Positions 48,226 to 58,686 of a stretch of 63,169 nt of DNA are shown here, in pieces (within the stretch, counting starts at the first letter, position 1; each line of letters opens with the position of its first letter). The DNA is from a virus (taxonomy: Duplodnaviria; Caudoviricetes), in the IMG/VR virus record IMGVR_UViG_3300043468_000449, positions 1 through 63,169 of that record. One strand, written 5' to 3'. The position numbers and the translations under genes are program-made. A model generated the notes under the pieces. The model was not told the origin of the DNA, made no database searches, and saw only the letters and a program-made list of their open reading frames with translations.

Positions 48226-49205
48226 CAGTAGCAACGATATCCGACATGAAATGTTGGAACGGAAAGGTCAATAAAAGTAGAGTGACCCGCTTTTTTAGCG
48301 CGAATGCAGAACGAGATGTCCTCACCAGTTTTGCCGTCAATCGGATGGAAGAAGTTCCCATCAATATCTGGGTAGTTTTTAGCAATATCTTCAAAAACCC
48401 GACGATGAACTAACATTGCGCCTGTGCCTAACCAATCGACTTCTACAACGGCATCTTCGTAGTTCCTTGCGCGAGGAACTAAAGACTGATCAGAGCAGAC
48501 TAATCCAGCACCTTCCCTGCGCTCAAAATATGCCGCACCAACGACGCTTTTATTGTCTCCAACCAACTTGTGAATGATATGCCTCTGGAGCGGCAAATCT
48601 AGCACATTGCGAGCGGAAGGAACCCAATGTCGCATCCATGCTGGTCGCCCAATGCACGGAATCATATCATCGTCTAGCATGAGCATCCACCTAGCGTCAG
48701 TTTCGAGAAATTTTGCGGCGAGACGATTTCGCGCCTGATAAATCATGGAATTGCCTAACTCAAGATCAAAGCGTATTTTGTCGCGCCCAAAATCAAGAGC
48801 AAGTGCCGTCAATACCATCGCAGTCACGGGATTAGTAGTCTTGTATGAAAGCAAGCCAACAAAGATGTCCCTGCCTGCGAATTCACACCGATAGCTAGGC
48901 ATTCCATCTGAATTGCGCGATTCGATGATCGGATTATCTTGCGATTCGACTTTGATATTCTCTGGTTCTGGAGGAAGAACAGATTCCAACTTTGCTTTGC
49001 GAGCAGGTTTTTTCTCTTTCTGTGATTTTTTCACAACTGGTTCTTCTTTTTTGGGTGGTTCAGCTTGTTTTTTTGCTTCAGCTTCTTTGGCTTTATCTCG
49101 CTCATACTTTTTCAACGAAAAGCCGGGGATTGGAAGGTTAGCAAATGGGTCAAATGACTCCAATTGTTTCGCCGCATTTTGTTCAAGTGGTGATAGTTTT
49201 TCCAT
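48225..49205 (-). CDS. GT2-like (GT-A) glycosyltransferase with a charged N-terminal extension
   Basis: ARNRLAAKFL...WMLMLDDDM, EVDWLGTGAMLVHRRVFE and GEDISFCIRA...H.G. Confidence 0.8.
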   Translation of the reverse strand: MEKLSPLEQNAAKQLESFDPFANLPIPGFSLKKYERDKAKEAEAKKQAEPPKKEEPVVKKSQKEKKPARKAKLESVLPPEPENIKVESQDNPIIESRNSDGMPSYRCEFAGRDIFVGLLSYKTTNPVTAMVLTALALDFGRDKIRFDLELGNSMIYQARNRLAAKFLETDARWMLMLDDDMIPCIGRPAWMRHWVPSARNVLDLPLQRHIIHKLVGDNKSVVGAAYFERREGAGLVCSDQSLVPRARNYEDAVVEVDWLGTGAMLVHRRVFEDIAKNYPDIDGNFFHPIDGKTGEDISFCIRAKKAGHSTFIDLSVPTFHVGYRCY

Positions 49206-49237
49206 ATTTATTTATTAAGTAAAAGTTTTTATGTTAA

Positions 49238-49322
49238 TTGCGTAGGTGGGACTTGAACCCACACTCCGTTTTCACGAAATCGGATTTTAAGTCCGATGCG
49301 TCTGCCATTTCGCCACTACGCA
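49238..49322 (-). tRNA. tRNA-Leu(TAA)
   Basis: Acceptor TGCGTAG/CTACGCA, anticodon arm TCGGA-CTTAAAA-TCCGA, long variable arm, T arm GTGGG-TTCAAGT-CCCAC; no encoded CCA. Confidence 0.92.
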
Positions 49323-49328
49323 TCAAAA

Positions 49329-50606
49329 TTAGCCTCCGAGTGCCTCGTCCAACCCGGCGTCGATTGCGTCAGCAGATGACATTTTCAAGCGATCTCCGAG
49401 GCTATTAGACACTCGATTTGGTGCGTTTACATTCTGCCGTGGCAGTTTGCCTGCCGATTTTAAACGATTGTTTTCTTCGGTCAGTTTTTTGAGTTGTTCA
49501 CTCATCTTAACTTTTGCGGATTGCTCAACTCGCAGTTGCTCGGTCAGCACATGGCTAAATACTGCCGCCGCCGCCACATTAGCGCGATCTTGTGCAGAAG
49601 TAGGCCAAAGTGCCGCATTGAACTTTTCTGCGAGGCTACCAACCGCCGCATTGTGCTGTTCGACTTCGCGAATCTGATCAGGAGTAGCATTGCTCGGTGC
49701 TTCTTTGAATCGCGCCCAAGGCAAGTCTTTGGTGACTTGATCCATGTAGTTATCAATTTCGTTCGTCGTATTGTGATACCACTCCTCGTTCTGTTGTGCT
49801 TTCTGCTGATAATACTGGTCAGCATTTTTAGTCGCATTCTCGATCTCAAATTGTTGCTTTTCTTTTAGCTCAACAACATCAACCAAGTTGCGTTTCAAAC
49901 GCTCCGCTTCAGTCAGAGGCAAACGATCAATTGCATTTGCCTTCCACCACTTGGAATCGATCTTGTCAGGCCCACCTGCTTCCTCGATTGATTTAATGAC
50001 CTCTTCCGAGGCTCCATTGGCTTTTAAAATGCGGTAGATGTTTTCCTTGGCATCAGAGATAGGCTTTTCAAATTTCGAGCGAAATTCTGGATCATTCTGG
50101 ATGTCGAAAATTGCCCGAAATCGACGCAACTCTTCGTAATCGTCAGGAGTCTTTACCTGTTGTTGCGCCTCCTCTAGCTTCTGGCGCAATTGCGCCGCTT
50201 CGTCGGCTTGCTTTTTGTAGTTGCTTGCAGTCTCCTGCAACTTGCGCCAGTTGCTTTGATTCTTCTCTGATAGATTGCGTGGACGCTCGATTGCCGCAAT
50301 TTCAGGATCAAGTTCTGGTTCAGGTTCTGGCGTGGATACTTCAGTAGTTTCAGACGATTCAGTAGACTCTTCTACTGGTTCATTAACCACTTCAGGAACC
50401 TCTTCAGTAGTCTCTTCGACAACTTCTGTAGACTCTGGTTCAGTTGGCTCATCTGTCTGTTCTGGGATGATTCCTTCAGCCTCGTCTAAAAGACGATCCA
50501 AGGACTCATCAACATCAGGATCAATTGGATCAGCATCAAGTGATGGTTCTCCAAATCCTGCGGCTACATTCGGTTCGATTACTTCGTTTTCTGTTTCGTT
50601 TTCCAT
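49329..50606 (-). CDS. Capsid scaffolding protein
   Basis: Very acidic N-terminus and coiled coil; lies between portal and capsid. Confidence 0.6.
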   Translation of the reverse strand: MENETENEVIEPNVAAGFGEPSLDADPIDPDVDESLDRLLDEAEGIIPEQTDEPTEPESTEVVEETTEEVPEVVNEPVEESTESSETTEVSTPEPEPELDPEIAAIERPRNLSEKNQSNWRKLQETASNYKKQADEAAQLRQKLEEAQQQVKTPDDYEELRRFRAIFDIQNDPEFRSKFEKPISDAKENIYRILKANGASEEVIKSIEEAGGPDKIDSKWWKANAIDRLPLTEAERLKRNLVDVVELKEKQQFEIENATKNADQYYQQKAQQNEEWYHNTTNEIDNYMDQVTKDLPWARFKEAPSNATPDQIREVEQHNAAVGSLAEKFNAALWPTSAQDRANVAAAAVFSHVLTEQLRVEQSAKVKMSEQLKKLTEENNRLKSAGKLPRQNVNAPNRVSNSLGDRLKMSSADAIDAGLDEALGG

Positions 50607-50635
50607 ATATTTATTTATTACTATTTTCTACTAAT

Positions 50636-50923
50636 TTAGTAGTTGATTTTACCTTCTGCGTTTACTTTGCCATGATATCGTTTTGCCCACTCATCTGCTT
50701 GCGATACTGTTTTGAATGATGGGTATTTATCAATCCCATATTGTTTTGCAGTATTAAATGCATCTCTGTCTGATAATTGTTTTCCTTCTACCATTGTTGG
50801 GATGACATACTGCCTGTCATCAATTCCGAATGTTCCCAACTTCACATTGCTTTCGCTCCCATCTGGATTTTTTACAGATGGATGTTTTGTAGGAAAACCT
50901 TTATAAGTTGCACTACCGCCCAT
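50636..50923 (-). CDS. Hypothetical protein starting MGG
   Basis: 95-aa ORF with N.DGS.S...IPTM..GK.L...YP.F.T...AD. Confidence 0.65.
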   Translation of the reverse strand: MGGSATYKGFPTKHPSVKNPDGSESNVKLGTFGIDDRQYVIPTMVEGKQLSDRDAFNTAKQYGIDKYPSFKTVSQADEWAKRYHGKVNAEGKINY

Positions 50924-50924
50924 A

Positions 50925-51179
50925 TTATTTCATTGATTTACTGCCTTTGCACTTCCATTTTTTCCGAGAAAGGCGGTTTGGACTATTCGGATCGTTCTTC
51001 CAATCACCTTTGATTTTTGCAGAACGAGCGCAATATGCGTCCGCTTTTTTTGTGCTGGGACGAATGCGATCTTTGCCATCTGCCGCCTTTCCTGCTTGTC
51101 CAAACTTAACTGTCCGCTTGCGCCCAGTTTTTGGATTAACAACGATTTTTGTGAAGCGATGTTTAATTTCAGCACTCAT
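50925..51179 (-). CDS. Small basic phage protein
   Basis: VKFGQAG...AYCARS..IKG...DPNSP...SRKKWKC. Confidence 0.7.
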   Translation of the reverse strand: MSAEIKHRFTKIVVNPKTGRKRTVKFGQAGKAADGKDRIRPSTKKADAYCARSAKIKGDWKNDPNSPNRLSRKKWKCKGSKSMK

Positions 51180-51181
51180 AA

Positions 51182-51421
51182 TTACATATCTGTAAATTTT
51201 CCACTCGACGGGTCTTCTTCTTTATCATCGAAGTTCAATAGGAAATCAATTTGCGCCAATGCATATTCGTATCCTTCTTTGTATTTTGCCTGCAATGCAA
51301 CCTGCTCAATTGTTTTTCCATCGCACTTTGGAACAAGTGCAGAAAGAAACTTTTTTACTTTGTCACCAGCAGACTTGTTGTATTCGCGAAATTTTACTGC
51401 GTCAGAGTTAGTCCAGTCCAT
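51182..51421 (-). CDS. Hypothetical protein
   Basis: 79-aa ORF in the operon. Confidence 0.65.
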   Translation of the reverse strand: MDWTNSDAVKFREYNKSAGDKVKKFLSALVPKCDGKTIEQVALQAKYKEGYEYALAQIDFLLNFDDKEEDPSSGKFTDM

Positions 51422-51422
51422 G

Positions 51423-51800
51423 TTAGTCCATATACTCTTTCACTTTTTTTACGCCTGCTTTCGCGGCCTCAACAGCACCTTTAGCAACTTTTTTCACGCC
51501 AGCTTTCGCGCCTTTGTAAACATCTTTGCCGAATTCTTTAAGTTCTTTAGGACTAACAATGCCTTGGTCACTCATGCCTTGCTTTTCAATGCGCTCGTAA
51601 TTCTTTGCAAGTGCCTCTTCTTCGGAAAGCAAGTCTTCGATCTCCTGTTCTTTCTCGGATGTGGAACCTAATCCAGTTTTCTTTTTTAGCATTTCCTTTT
51701 CTTTAAGGTTAGGCTTTTCCATTTTTTTAATTTTACTCAAAGCATATTCTTTCTCTGTAGTAGCTTTGCTCATTGGTTTTAGTGTTTTTAATTCTGGCAT
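51423..51800 (-). CDS. Lys/Glu-rich hypothetical protein
   Basis: 125-aa ORF with an AKAGVKKV repeat. Confidence 0.6.
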   Translation of the reverse strand: MPELKTLKPMSKATTEKEYALSKIKKMEKPNLKEKEMLKKKTGLGSTSEKEQEIEDLLSEEEALAKNYERIEKQGMSDQGIVSPKELKEFGKDVYKGAKAGVKKVAKGAVEAAKAGVKKVKEYMD

Positions 51801-51806
51801 ATAATT

Positions 51807-54224
51807 TTATCCTGCTGTTGGTGGTTTGCCGGGAGCGGCAATTGAATTAACTCCCGAAAATTGATCTGGCGAAATAGCTTCAGTCGCCTGCTGTGCTTGT
51901 GCGGCACTAACTCGCCCACCGCCCCCGCCGCCTCCTGAAGGCATTCCTGCGCCTGCGGCAGGCATCATTTGATCCATGGGTGGTGCTTGCATACCTGCGG
52001 TTAGATGCTTGTAAGCCTCTTGCACCATCTGCTTGTATTCGGCGATCTTATTTCGATCTGCGCCCTTCATCTCCGCTTGATTGAGATGGGTGATGAAATG
52101 TTCAAGTGCCTTGGCAAACGGACCAACCATTTCAGGTGGTAATCCGCCTTGTGGCGCATTAGCGATTACAGGCATCAGTTTGGCAACTAGAGTCTCCAAA
52201 TGCACCATATCGTTGTCGCGAGGAGAAACTGGCACTTCTTGACCAGCAATAATGCTCTGCAATTCGATAATTTGGGCGCGAGTTGCCTCGATTGCAACTG
52301 CTTCAACCTGATCTTTCGGCAAAATTACTTGATTTGCTAGTTCTTGACCCATTTTTTTGCTCCAATCGAGCTTAATTAACTCATCTTGGTTGATAGCAGG
52401 ATTTCCGCTATACCTTTGGATCAAAAGATCAAGGATTGCGCCCTCTTGAGCGGCATTATCAGGAATTAGTTCTTGTGCAGGAGCGAATGCCATCATAAGG
52501 ATGTCACTAGGAGGCAAATTGCGCTCCAGCATTGCCAAACAACACGAAACTGCGTCCTCATCTAGGTGTGAAGGAAGGTCAAACGGCACTAAAAACGGAG
52601 GCATATCGAATTCGGACTGCTGGAAAGCCTCTACAACCTCTTTTCTAGCCCAAATTGCGTCCTGATTCGTCATTCTTGCCACATCCAACAGCATTTTGAG
52701 TTCAGATGCCGCCTTAATGTGTTCAGGATGGCAGATTCCTCTCTGCATTCGCGCAACTGCCTCGGAATATTGCTTGCTCCAACGCATCAAAATGCCTTCG
52801 CGAATCTGATTTTCAATTGCCGCCACCCGATTAATCTCGGATGCGGTCTTGTCACCAGTCTGGATGCCTAAAGCAGACGATGGAAGGAAGGTTCCAAGCT
52901 GGATTTCTGCTAGTCCACTAATAAATTGGTCGAGTTTTAGGAAATCATCCACATCTGCGGGAGCAGATTGCGGAACCACCTCGTATCCCTCGGCAACATA
53001 CGCCACAGGATGCATGACAGTCAGCGGTGCAATGCCGGGTTTTGCCGTTGCGGTTTTCTTTAGCAACAACATTCCCTTGAGATACACATTGTCCTGCACA
53101 AGATTTCGCGCCTTATCGATTGCGATATGCGAATTGTACAAGTCGCGCCCTGCACCACGGCTGGACATCAACGATCCAGACCCGATTTCAACGCTAAATA
53201 ACGCCAAGCAATCCGACATTCGCGAATAGCGATCAAGTTGAGTGCAGATTTCGTTGCCGCTCTTATCATCGAAGAGAAATCGACTGATCTTGCCATGTGG
53301 TTCCTTAACCAAAAGTTCGCCTAGCTCGACATATTTAGCGTCATTCTCGTAGCTTGCTCCGTAGCTTCCCTCGCGAATCCAATCCTCGATTCGGCGAGCA
53401 TCATCATCAGAATCTAATGTGCGTCCTGCGGGAGTGGCATTGTTAATTGCTTTAATCAAGTTTTTGATATTCCAACCAGCAAGACTAGAGGTCTGCGGGT
53501 CTTCAAGAATCGGAAGAAGTTCACTAATTTGGTATCGGCGTTTCCTCGCCCAGATCGGCGTTGCCTCGACTTCTTGCGGAGTCTCAATGGAAAAGAAAGT
53601 ATAATCTTGACGCAGGAATTCAGGTTTCCAATCGCGAGGATCGTCCCAGCAGAGTGCCGCAAATCCAAAGGTTGTGTTTTCGTGGACTACTTGAGAAATA
53701 ATATCATCGTTACCAGACCACCCGCGAACACAATTGGTAATCTCTTCTCGGAAAATATTAGTTTTGTGTTCCGCATCTACACCTTTACCGGGATATTTTG
53801 TAAATGTAACATATGTGCTAGACTCAACAACCTGTTTAAATGGAGGCTGAATGCGGCTAACCATTGTTGAGAGAAATCCTGTAGGTCGATTTGACCTCCA
53901 ATTCTGCCCCATCGATTCTAGTTTCTTCGGAGCATACGGAGGCTCATTATTTAGCTTTTTCTGGATCAAAGCATTTTTACGATTCCGCTCAACATTCTGT
54001 TGTTTCAGTCTGCGATACGAACTATAAGCCTGCTCGGTATTTCGGAATGTGCGCTTAACTTCTAGCGTCTCGTCATTAACAACCTCGTCGGTCTGATTGA
54101 CCCCCGGCATGATAACCTTGAGTTGCGAACGATTGTTTTTATCCCCTGCTTCCAAAGTACGAGGTGCTTTGGTAGCGAATACATTAATTACATTGCCGTC
54201 GAGCGGTTCAAGAAAGTTTGCCAT
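51807..54224 (-). CDS. Portal protein
   Basis: 805 aa downstream of the large terminase; KTASEI motif and a Pro/Ala/Gln-rich C-terminus, as in P22-like portals. Confidence 0.7.
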   Translation of the reverse strand: MANFLEPLDGNVINVFATKAPRTLEAGDKNNRSQLKVIMPGVNQTDEVVNDETLEVKRTFRNTEQAYSSYRRLKQQNVERNRKNALIQKKLNNEPPYAPKKLESMGQNWRSNRPTGFLSTMVSRIQPPFKQVVESSTYVTFTKYPGKGVDAEHKTNIFREEITNCVRGWSGNDDIISQVVHENTTFGFAALCWDDPRDWKPEFLRQDYTFFSIETPQEVEATPIWARKRRYQISELLPILEDPQTSSLAGWNIKNLIKAINNATPAGRTLDSDDDARRIEDWIREGSYGASYENDAKYVELGELLVKEPHGKISRFLFDDKSGNEICTQLDRYSRMSDCLALFSVEIGSGSLMSSRGAGRDLYNSHIAIDKARNLVQDNVYLKGMLLLKKTATAKPGIAPLTVMHPVAYVAEGYEVVPQSAPADVDDFLKLDQFISGLAEIQLGTFLPSSALGIQTGDKTASEINRVAAIENQIREGILMRWSKQYSEAVARMQRGICHPEHIKAASELKMLLDVARMTNQDAIWARKEVVEAFQQSEFDMPPFLVPFDLPSHLDEDAVSCCLAMLERNLPPSDILMMAFAPAQELIPDNAAQEGAILDLLIQRYSGNPAINQDELIKLDWSKKMGQELANQVILPKDQVEAVAIEATRAQIIELQSIIAGQEVPVSPRDNDMVHLETLVAKLMPVIANAPQGGLPPEMVGPFAKALEHFITHLNQAEMKGADRNKIAEYKQMVQEAYKHLTAGMQAPPMDQMMPAAGAGMPSGGGGGGGRVSAAQAQQATEAISPDQFSGVNSIAAPGKPPTAG

Positions 54225-54225
54225 A

Positions 54226-54804
54226 TTAAATTTTTAGCCAGCAATTTTGCGGAACTGAATCTGTTACATCAAAATGATCTTTGTCAAAGAAAACTGCGGC
54301 TCGATTGTCATGCCGCATAACGCTACACCCATGAATTTTTTTAGTAGAATAGGTATCCCTGCCTTGCCGAATGGATGCCGTTAAACGATCCGTTGCGGCA
54401 ATGCAACTATAACAACCTGTGCGATATTTAATGTTTTTCGGACATTGAGCGCAAGTTAATGCCCTAGCTTCTGCCAATTCATCAGAAACCAATCGAATTT
54501 GCTTCTGGCTCAAAAGTATATTCTTGGCCCATACAGTAATGTCGTTAAGTAATTCACTCTGTCGATTAGGAGCATCCACAGAAGTAACAACAACCGAATC
54601 AACCCCGTGACAATTGTTAGGAAAGTTACCGCAGATATAAGAATCGACATCACCATGAACATCGCCAATAGGTAAATGGTTTTCTGCGCGATAATGCTGT
54701 ACAAGTTCATATAGGTTGCTTAACGAATAAGCATCTAACTTTACATCACTTTCAAAGTAATGCCATCCTCCGGGCGGAATTAATCCATCAATAGGTTTTG
54801 CCAT
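54226..54804 (-). CDS. Cys-rich hypothetical protein
   Basis: PPGGW, CAQCPKN, CYSC and a terminal CW. Confidence 0.7.
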   Translation of the reverse strand: MAKPIDGLIPPGGWHYFESDVKLDAYSLSNLYELVQHYRAENHLPIGDVHGDVDSYICGNFPNNCHGVDSVVVTSVDAPNRQSELLNDITVWAKNILLSQKQIRLVSDELAEARALTCAQCPKNIKYRTGCYSCIAATDRLTASIRQGRDTYSTKKIHGCSVMRHDNRAAVFFDKDHFDVTDSVPQNCWLKI

Positions 54805-54822
54805 TGCTTATTTCATATAAAT

Positions 54823-56694
54823 TTATTCGGAAAAGTCAACATATTCCATTGACTCTAGTATGGGAAGTTTTTTTTCAAAATGTTCTTGTTTTTTTTGCTC
54901 TGTCATCGTCGCAATCGACCCACCTCGTTGACGCATCAAGTAAACTAACAAGGATAACGAATCGAGTTGGTCTGGGCTATTCTGCCGAGTGCGCTTTGTA
55001 TAATCACCTTTACTCTCAACTCTTACTAGTCCCTGCCCAACCTGCTTGTATCTGCGGGAGGTTGCCTGACGAACCAACTCCTCTGTTCGGAACGAAGGCG
55101 AGATTTTTAGAAACTCAAACTCTAAATATTTTGCTAATCCAAAAATTAATTCTGTGACAACACCAGAATAAAGTTCGTTTGCTCTTTGCGAATCGTCGCC
55201 TAGCACATGAGTTTCGCTTGCCGCCCAGCTATAATTCACACCCATCGCTTCATTACCGAATAGACTGCACAACGCATCGTGGATTCCTGATCCGTTTCCA
55301 GTTCGATCCACGCATAGCCAGTTCGGCCCGATCCTCATCTGCTTGCAAAAATTTATAATAGCATTCGCCTGATCTAGCGTTGTCTTTTTAGGAAAGTTAA
55401 TTAGCGAATCCAACTGCAAGACTGTCTTTGGCGATTTAAATTCTCGAAACTTGCCGTCGAGCGGTGTAAATCCGTCAGAAAGCCCGAATCTGCCGTAGCT
55501 ACACACAACTTGATCCTTGCCTTCCAACGCCAGATCGAACGCACACAGAGGCACTACAGGGCCAATAAACCGCACAACGCCCATTGCGTTGTCCATCATT
55601 GCAGGCGTTATTATCGCCATCGCAATACCCTCTTGCGGGAAAAACCCCCTCGCCATCGTATAATATTCGGCAGTTTTTCCTCGCGCCTCGTATGCCATGT
55701 AGCCTTCGTAAGACTGAAAGCCGGGAAAAATTATTTTTTTCTGAATGACATTCTCGCACCTCGCGGCGTCGAGTCGCAGGATGTGCCAGTCTTCTCTGCT
55801 TTCCCACTCGAAATCCTCTTCGCAGTCCACCTTCAACCATCCACCAGCAGGCTCGCATCGTTTTCCAAATTCACTATTGCGATCCTTCGGGTTTGATGCG
55901 CCGAAAATCTTGATGCGTCCCTTGCTCGATTTTGTATCGGCGGCAGACAAGATGTTTTGCAGACCTTCCCAGACCCCCGGTGGAATTTCTTCCGCCTCAT
56001 CCAGCACAACATGAGTTCTCGACATCGATCCCCATTTGGGGTGCGGCTTGACCCGTGGACTAGGGTGAAACCCGCGAAGCGTTCCAGTTCCAGCATCACC
56101 TTTCGGAATAGCAACTAGGTGAATGCCGTTTTTGTCATCGTCGTTTACCTGAATCGATTTAACTAGATCAGATTCGCCTTTGTACTCTGGCTTAACCAAT
56201 GCCGTACGATAAAATGTTTTAATTGCCGCAAACACATTTCGTTGAGCGTGTGCCTCGGTAAGAGAAACTACTTTAATACAAGTGTATTCTGGGTCGCGCA
56301 TCCAGTCGAGAAGAAACCATGCGGCGGCATTGAAAGTTTTCCCCATTGCTCCCGCGCCCTGCACAAGTAGTTTATCGTAATCGAACAAGCATCTCCAAGT
56401 ATCCTGTGCTGATTGAGGTCGCCAGTCGTAGACCCCCGGTCCCCATAGCACAGTCGCCGCCGCTTCAAAATGATCTTCCTCCAACAAGCTCTGCACAAAC
56501 TGCATCACAATGCTATTCGCCACTTTCTCATCAATTACCAAATTAGATGACACTCCACCAGTCGCGACATTTGCAAGGATATACTTCGCCGCATACAGAA
56601 TCCCCATGCGGTCATCTCGATCCGCTTCTGCCCTGACTGCCTCGGCAATCGCCAATACTTGTCTTACTGAATCTACCATTTTCCCTCTGGGCAT
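54823..56694 (-). CDS. terL: Terminase large subunit
   Basis: Walker A GAGAMGKT, Walker B VVLDEAEE, ASNP coupling motif, and RNase H-like FDLALEGKD and SPDQLDS. Confidence 0.9.
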   Translation of the reverse strand: MPRGKMVDSVRQVLAIAEAVRAEADRDDRMGILYAAKYILANVATGGVSSNLVIDEKVANSIVMQFVQSLLEEDHFEAAATVLWGPGVYDWRPQSAQDTWRCLFDYDKLLVQGAGAMGKTFNAAAWFLLDWMRDPEYTCIKVVSLTEAHAQRNVFAAIKTFYRTALVKPEYKGESDLVKSIQVNDDDKNGIHLVAIPKGDAGTGTLRGFHPSPRVKPHPKWGSMSRTHVVLDEAEEIPPGVWEGLQNILSAADTKSSKGRIKIFGASNPKDRNSEFGKRCEPAGGWLKVDCEEDFEWESREDWHILRLDAARCENVIQKKIIFPGFQSYEGYMAYEARGKTAEYYTMARGFFPQEGIAMAIITPAMMDNAMGVVRFIGPVVPLCAFDLALEGKDQVVCSYGRFGLSDGFTPLDGKFREFKSPKTVLQLDSLINFPKKTTLDQANAIINFCKQMRIGPNWLCVDRTGNGSGIHDALCSLFGNEAMGVNYSWAASETHVLGDDSQRANELYSGVVTELIFGLAKYLEFEFLKISPSFRTEELVRQATSRRYKQVGQGLVRVESKGDYTKRTRQNSPDQLDSLSLLVYLMRQRGGSIATMTEQKKQEHFEKKLPILESMEYVDFSE

Positions 56695-56906
56695 TCCTCT
56701 GTTTCCATCACAGTCTTAATTTCCATGTTGCAACCGCAGACCTTGCACTCGCCAGCACCACTATATGCCATCAAGTCGAAGTTAGGACAATCCGCGCAAA
56801 TGCGTAGCCTCCTAGCTATTTCTTTCTCATCACAGCATGGCATTCCTGCCAGCACAAATGCTGTTGCTGACTTTGCGAAATTAGATGCTTTTTGCAGGAT
56901 GTTCAT
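56673..56906 (-). CDS. Small Cys-rich protein
   Basis: RLRICADCP...CKVCGC...K.....CPEGKW. Confidence 0.7.
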   Translation of the reverse strand: MNILQKASNFAKSATAFVLAGMPCCDEKEIARRLRICADCPNFDLMAYSGAGECKVCGCNMEIKTVMETEECPEGKW

Positions 56907-57057
56907 TTAGAAATTTAACTGACTTCTTTGCGTCTTCTGAACATACATCTTTTGCCATTAATGCATTGTCGCTAACAATTCCGCGATCTTGTAAATCGTT
57001 CATCGTCTTAACTTCGTCACTCCAGCTTTCTTCAATGTACTTTTGCAGGTCGTTCAT
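56881..57057 (-). CDS. Small hypothetical protein (not in the ORF track)
   Basis: Translated by hand, 58 aa: MNDLQKYIEESW... Confidence 0.5.
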   Translation of the reverse strand: MNDLQKYIEESWSDEVKTMNDLQDRGIVSDNALMAKDVCSEDAKKSVKFLNEHPAKSI

Positions 57058-57197
57058 TAATTAATTTCCCTTCTTTTACTTCAGATTTCAGCTTCTTTGC
57101 AACTAGTTTTACCACATCGTAAATTGATACATTAGGATTCGTTGCTTTCAATTCGTACTCGTAATTGCAAAATCCATCGCTAATGCGAATCGTCCAT

Positions 57198-57692
57198 TTA
57201 CCATTCATCTTCTTTATTGTTAATAGAATTCAAAATGTTTTTTAGTTCCTGAATTGGACGCAATTTATCTTCAGTAACAAAGTGCGCCGATTGATATCCC
57301 AAACCTTTATTGCTTAATGGAACTATTTTTTTAGCATCCTTCGCATAAATCCATCCAACTATTCTGAATTTAGGCATATTCCCAAAAACCAATGCTACAA
57401 TTCTATCGTCAGGAATATGTTCGTAAACTGGCAACTCAACACTCGATCTTGCTGTCTTAACCTCAACAATTCCTACATCTGGGACAGAAAATGTTTTATT
57501 TCCTCCAGACCAATACAAATTCATTCCTTTAGCAAACGCCATCTCTCCTGCCGCACCATCAATATCAGCAGAAAAGTCCATCTTCCTTCCTGCTCTGTCT
57601 TTCATTCCGTCAGCAATCGAAGTGTATCTGCGAAGCACTCCAACTTGCGAAGCAAGAAAAATTTCATGCGGTTCTAGCGTAACCCAATTCAT
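57198..57692 (-). CDS. PD-(D/E)XK-like hypothetical protein
   Basis: GAAGEMAFA...PDVG.VEVKT. Confidence 0.55.
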   Translation of the reverse strand: MNWVTLEPHEIFLASQVGVLRRYTSIADGMKDRAGRKMDFSADIDGAAGEMAFAKGMNLYWSGGNKTFSVPDVGIVEVKTARSSVELPVYEHIPDDRIVALVFGNMPKFRIVGWIYAKDAKKIVPLSNKGLGYQSAHFVTEDKLRPIQELKNILNSINNKEDEW

Positions 57693-57704
57693 CGATATGC
57701 CATA

Positions 57705-57875
57705 TTATTTATACCATTTTTTGAAGTGACCGAAATCCTTTGGTTCGGTCACATTCTTGTTCTTCTCACAAACATCGCACTTCCCATAGTGCCATGTCGA
57801 AACACTTTTCCTTCCCCTGCCGTGCTTCTTGCCGCACTCCTCACACGCCCAGTTTGGATACTCTTTGGTTTTCAT
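57705..57875 (-). CDS. Small zinc-finger protein (not in the ORF track)
   Basis: Translated by hand, 56 aa: MKTKEYPNWACEECG...TWHYGKCDVC...VTEPKDFGH. Confidence 0.6.
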   Translation of the reverse strand: MKTKEYPNWACEECGKKHGRGRKSVSTWHYGKCDVCEKNKNVTEPKDFGHFKKWYK

Positions 57876-58084
57876 TTTTGTTTAGTGAATGGAAAGGCAT
57901 TGATTAAATCCATCTCAACTTCGCGAATCGCAAAATTGATTTTCCATAGGTGATTCCAGACCTCTTTGGTTTTTACCCAGTCGAATGCTTTTGACATCGC
58001 ATCTTTATGGTCTTTTGCGAAAATGCAGAGTTCACCCTTAAAAATGTTAACAGGAGATTCGTAGTTGACGATATATGATTTCAT
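57872..58084 (-). CDS. Hypothetical protein
   Basis: 70-aa ORF with an ATGA overlap. Confidence 0.6.
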   Translation of the reverse strand: MKSYIVNYESPVNIFKGELCIFAKDHKDAMSKAFDWVKTKEVWNHLWKINFAIREVEMDLINAFPFTKQK

Positions 58085-58181
58085 TTTCCTCCGCTCAATA
58101 TAGAAAACATTTCAGATGCTATATTCCCATCTGATCCTTCTTCGCAAAATTTAGCGATTGCGATGTTGATTTGTTCGGTTG

Positions 58182-58451
58182 TCATTTTGCGCCCTCCTTG
58201 AGTTGGTCGAGTTCGGCGCGGAGTCTTAATCCTTCTTCTTTAATTGTTTGGATTGCACTTACATCGGGCAAGCAAACTCCATTCACCGATCTCCAAATCG
58301 CCCTCTCCGCGATGTCTCGCAGTTTGGCATTCTGCTCCCGCGCCTCGTCGCGCTCGCGTTCCAGTCGTCGAGCAAAATCTGAATCAACTAATTCCAGTTG
58401 CTCGCAAGGCCAAAATTTTCCTGCCTTATTTGTCTCTGGTGTGTCACTCAT
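58182..58451 (-). CDS. MSDTPET...FARRLERERDEAR-type coiled-coil phage protein
   Basis: Motif visible from the internal Met at 58451. Confidence 0.65.
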   Translation of the reverse strand: MSDTPETNKAGKFWPCEQLELVDSDFARRLERERDEAREQNAKLRDIAERAIWRSVNGVCLPDVSAIQTIKEEGLRLRAELDQLKEGAK

Positions 58452-58686
58452 AGTTTCTGCACTCATTAAACATTTTATCAATCGCCGCCTTTAGTGTCGC
58501 CCATTCCTCTTTTTCAATTTGGATCGATCCTTCGCTATGCTCGCTACATTGCGATATCTTCAGGAACTCGCCTGCCGCTTCATCGATGATCTCGATCTCT
58601 GTCATGGAATCGTCAAATATTTGATAACCTTTACGGCACACTCCAATCTTTAGCGTTCGGATTTCGTGACTCATTTCGTGACTCAT
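58444..58686 (-). CDS. Hypothetical protein
   Basis: MSHEMSHEIRT...IEIIDEAAGEFL; carries a 12-bp duplication at the start. Confidence 0.6.
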   Translation of the reverse strand: MSHEMSHEIRTLKIGVCRKGYQIFDDSMTEIEIIDEAAGEFLKISQCSEHSEGSIQIEKEEWATLKAAIDKMFNECRNYE

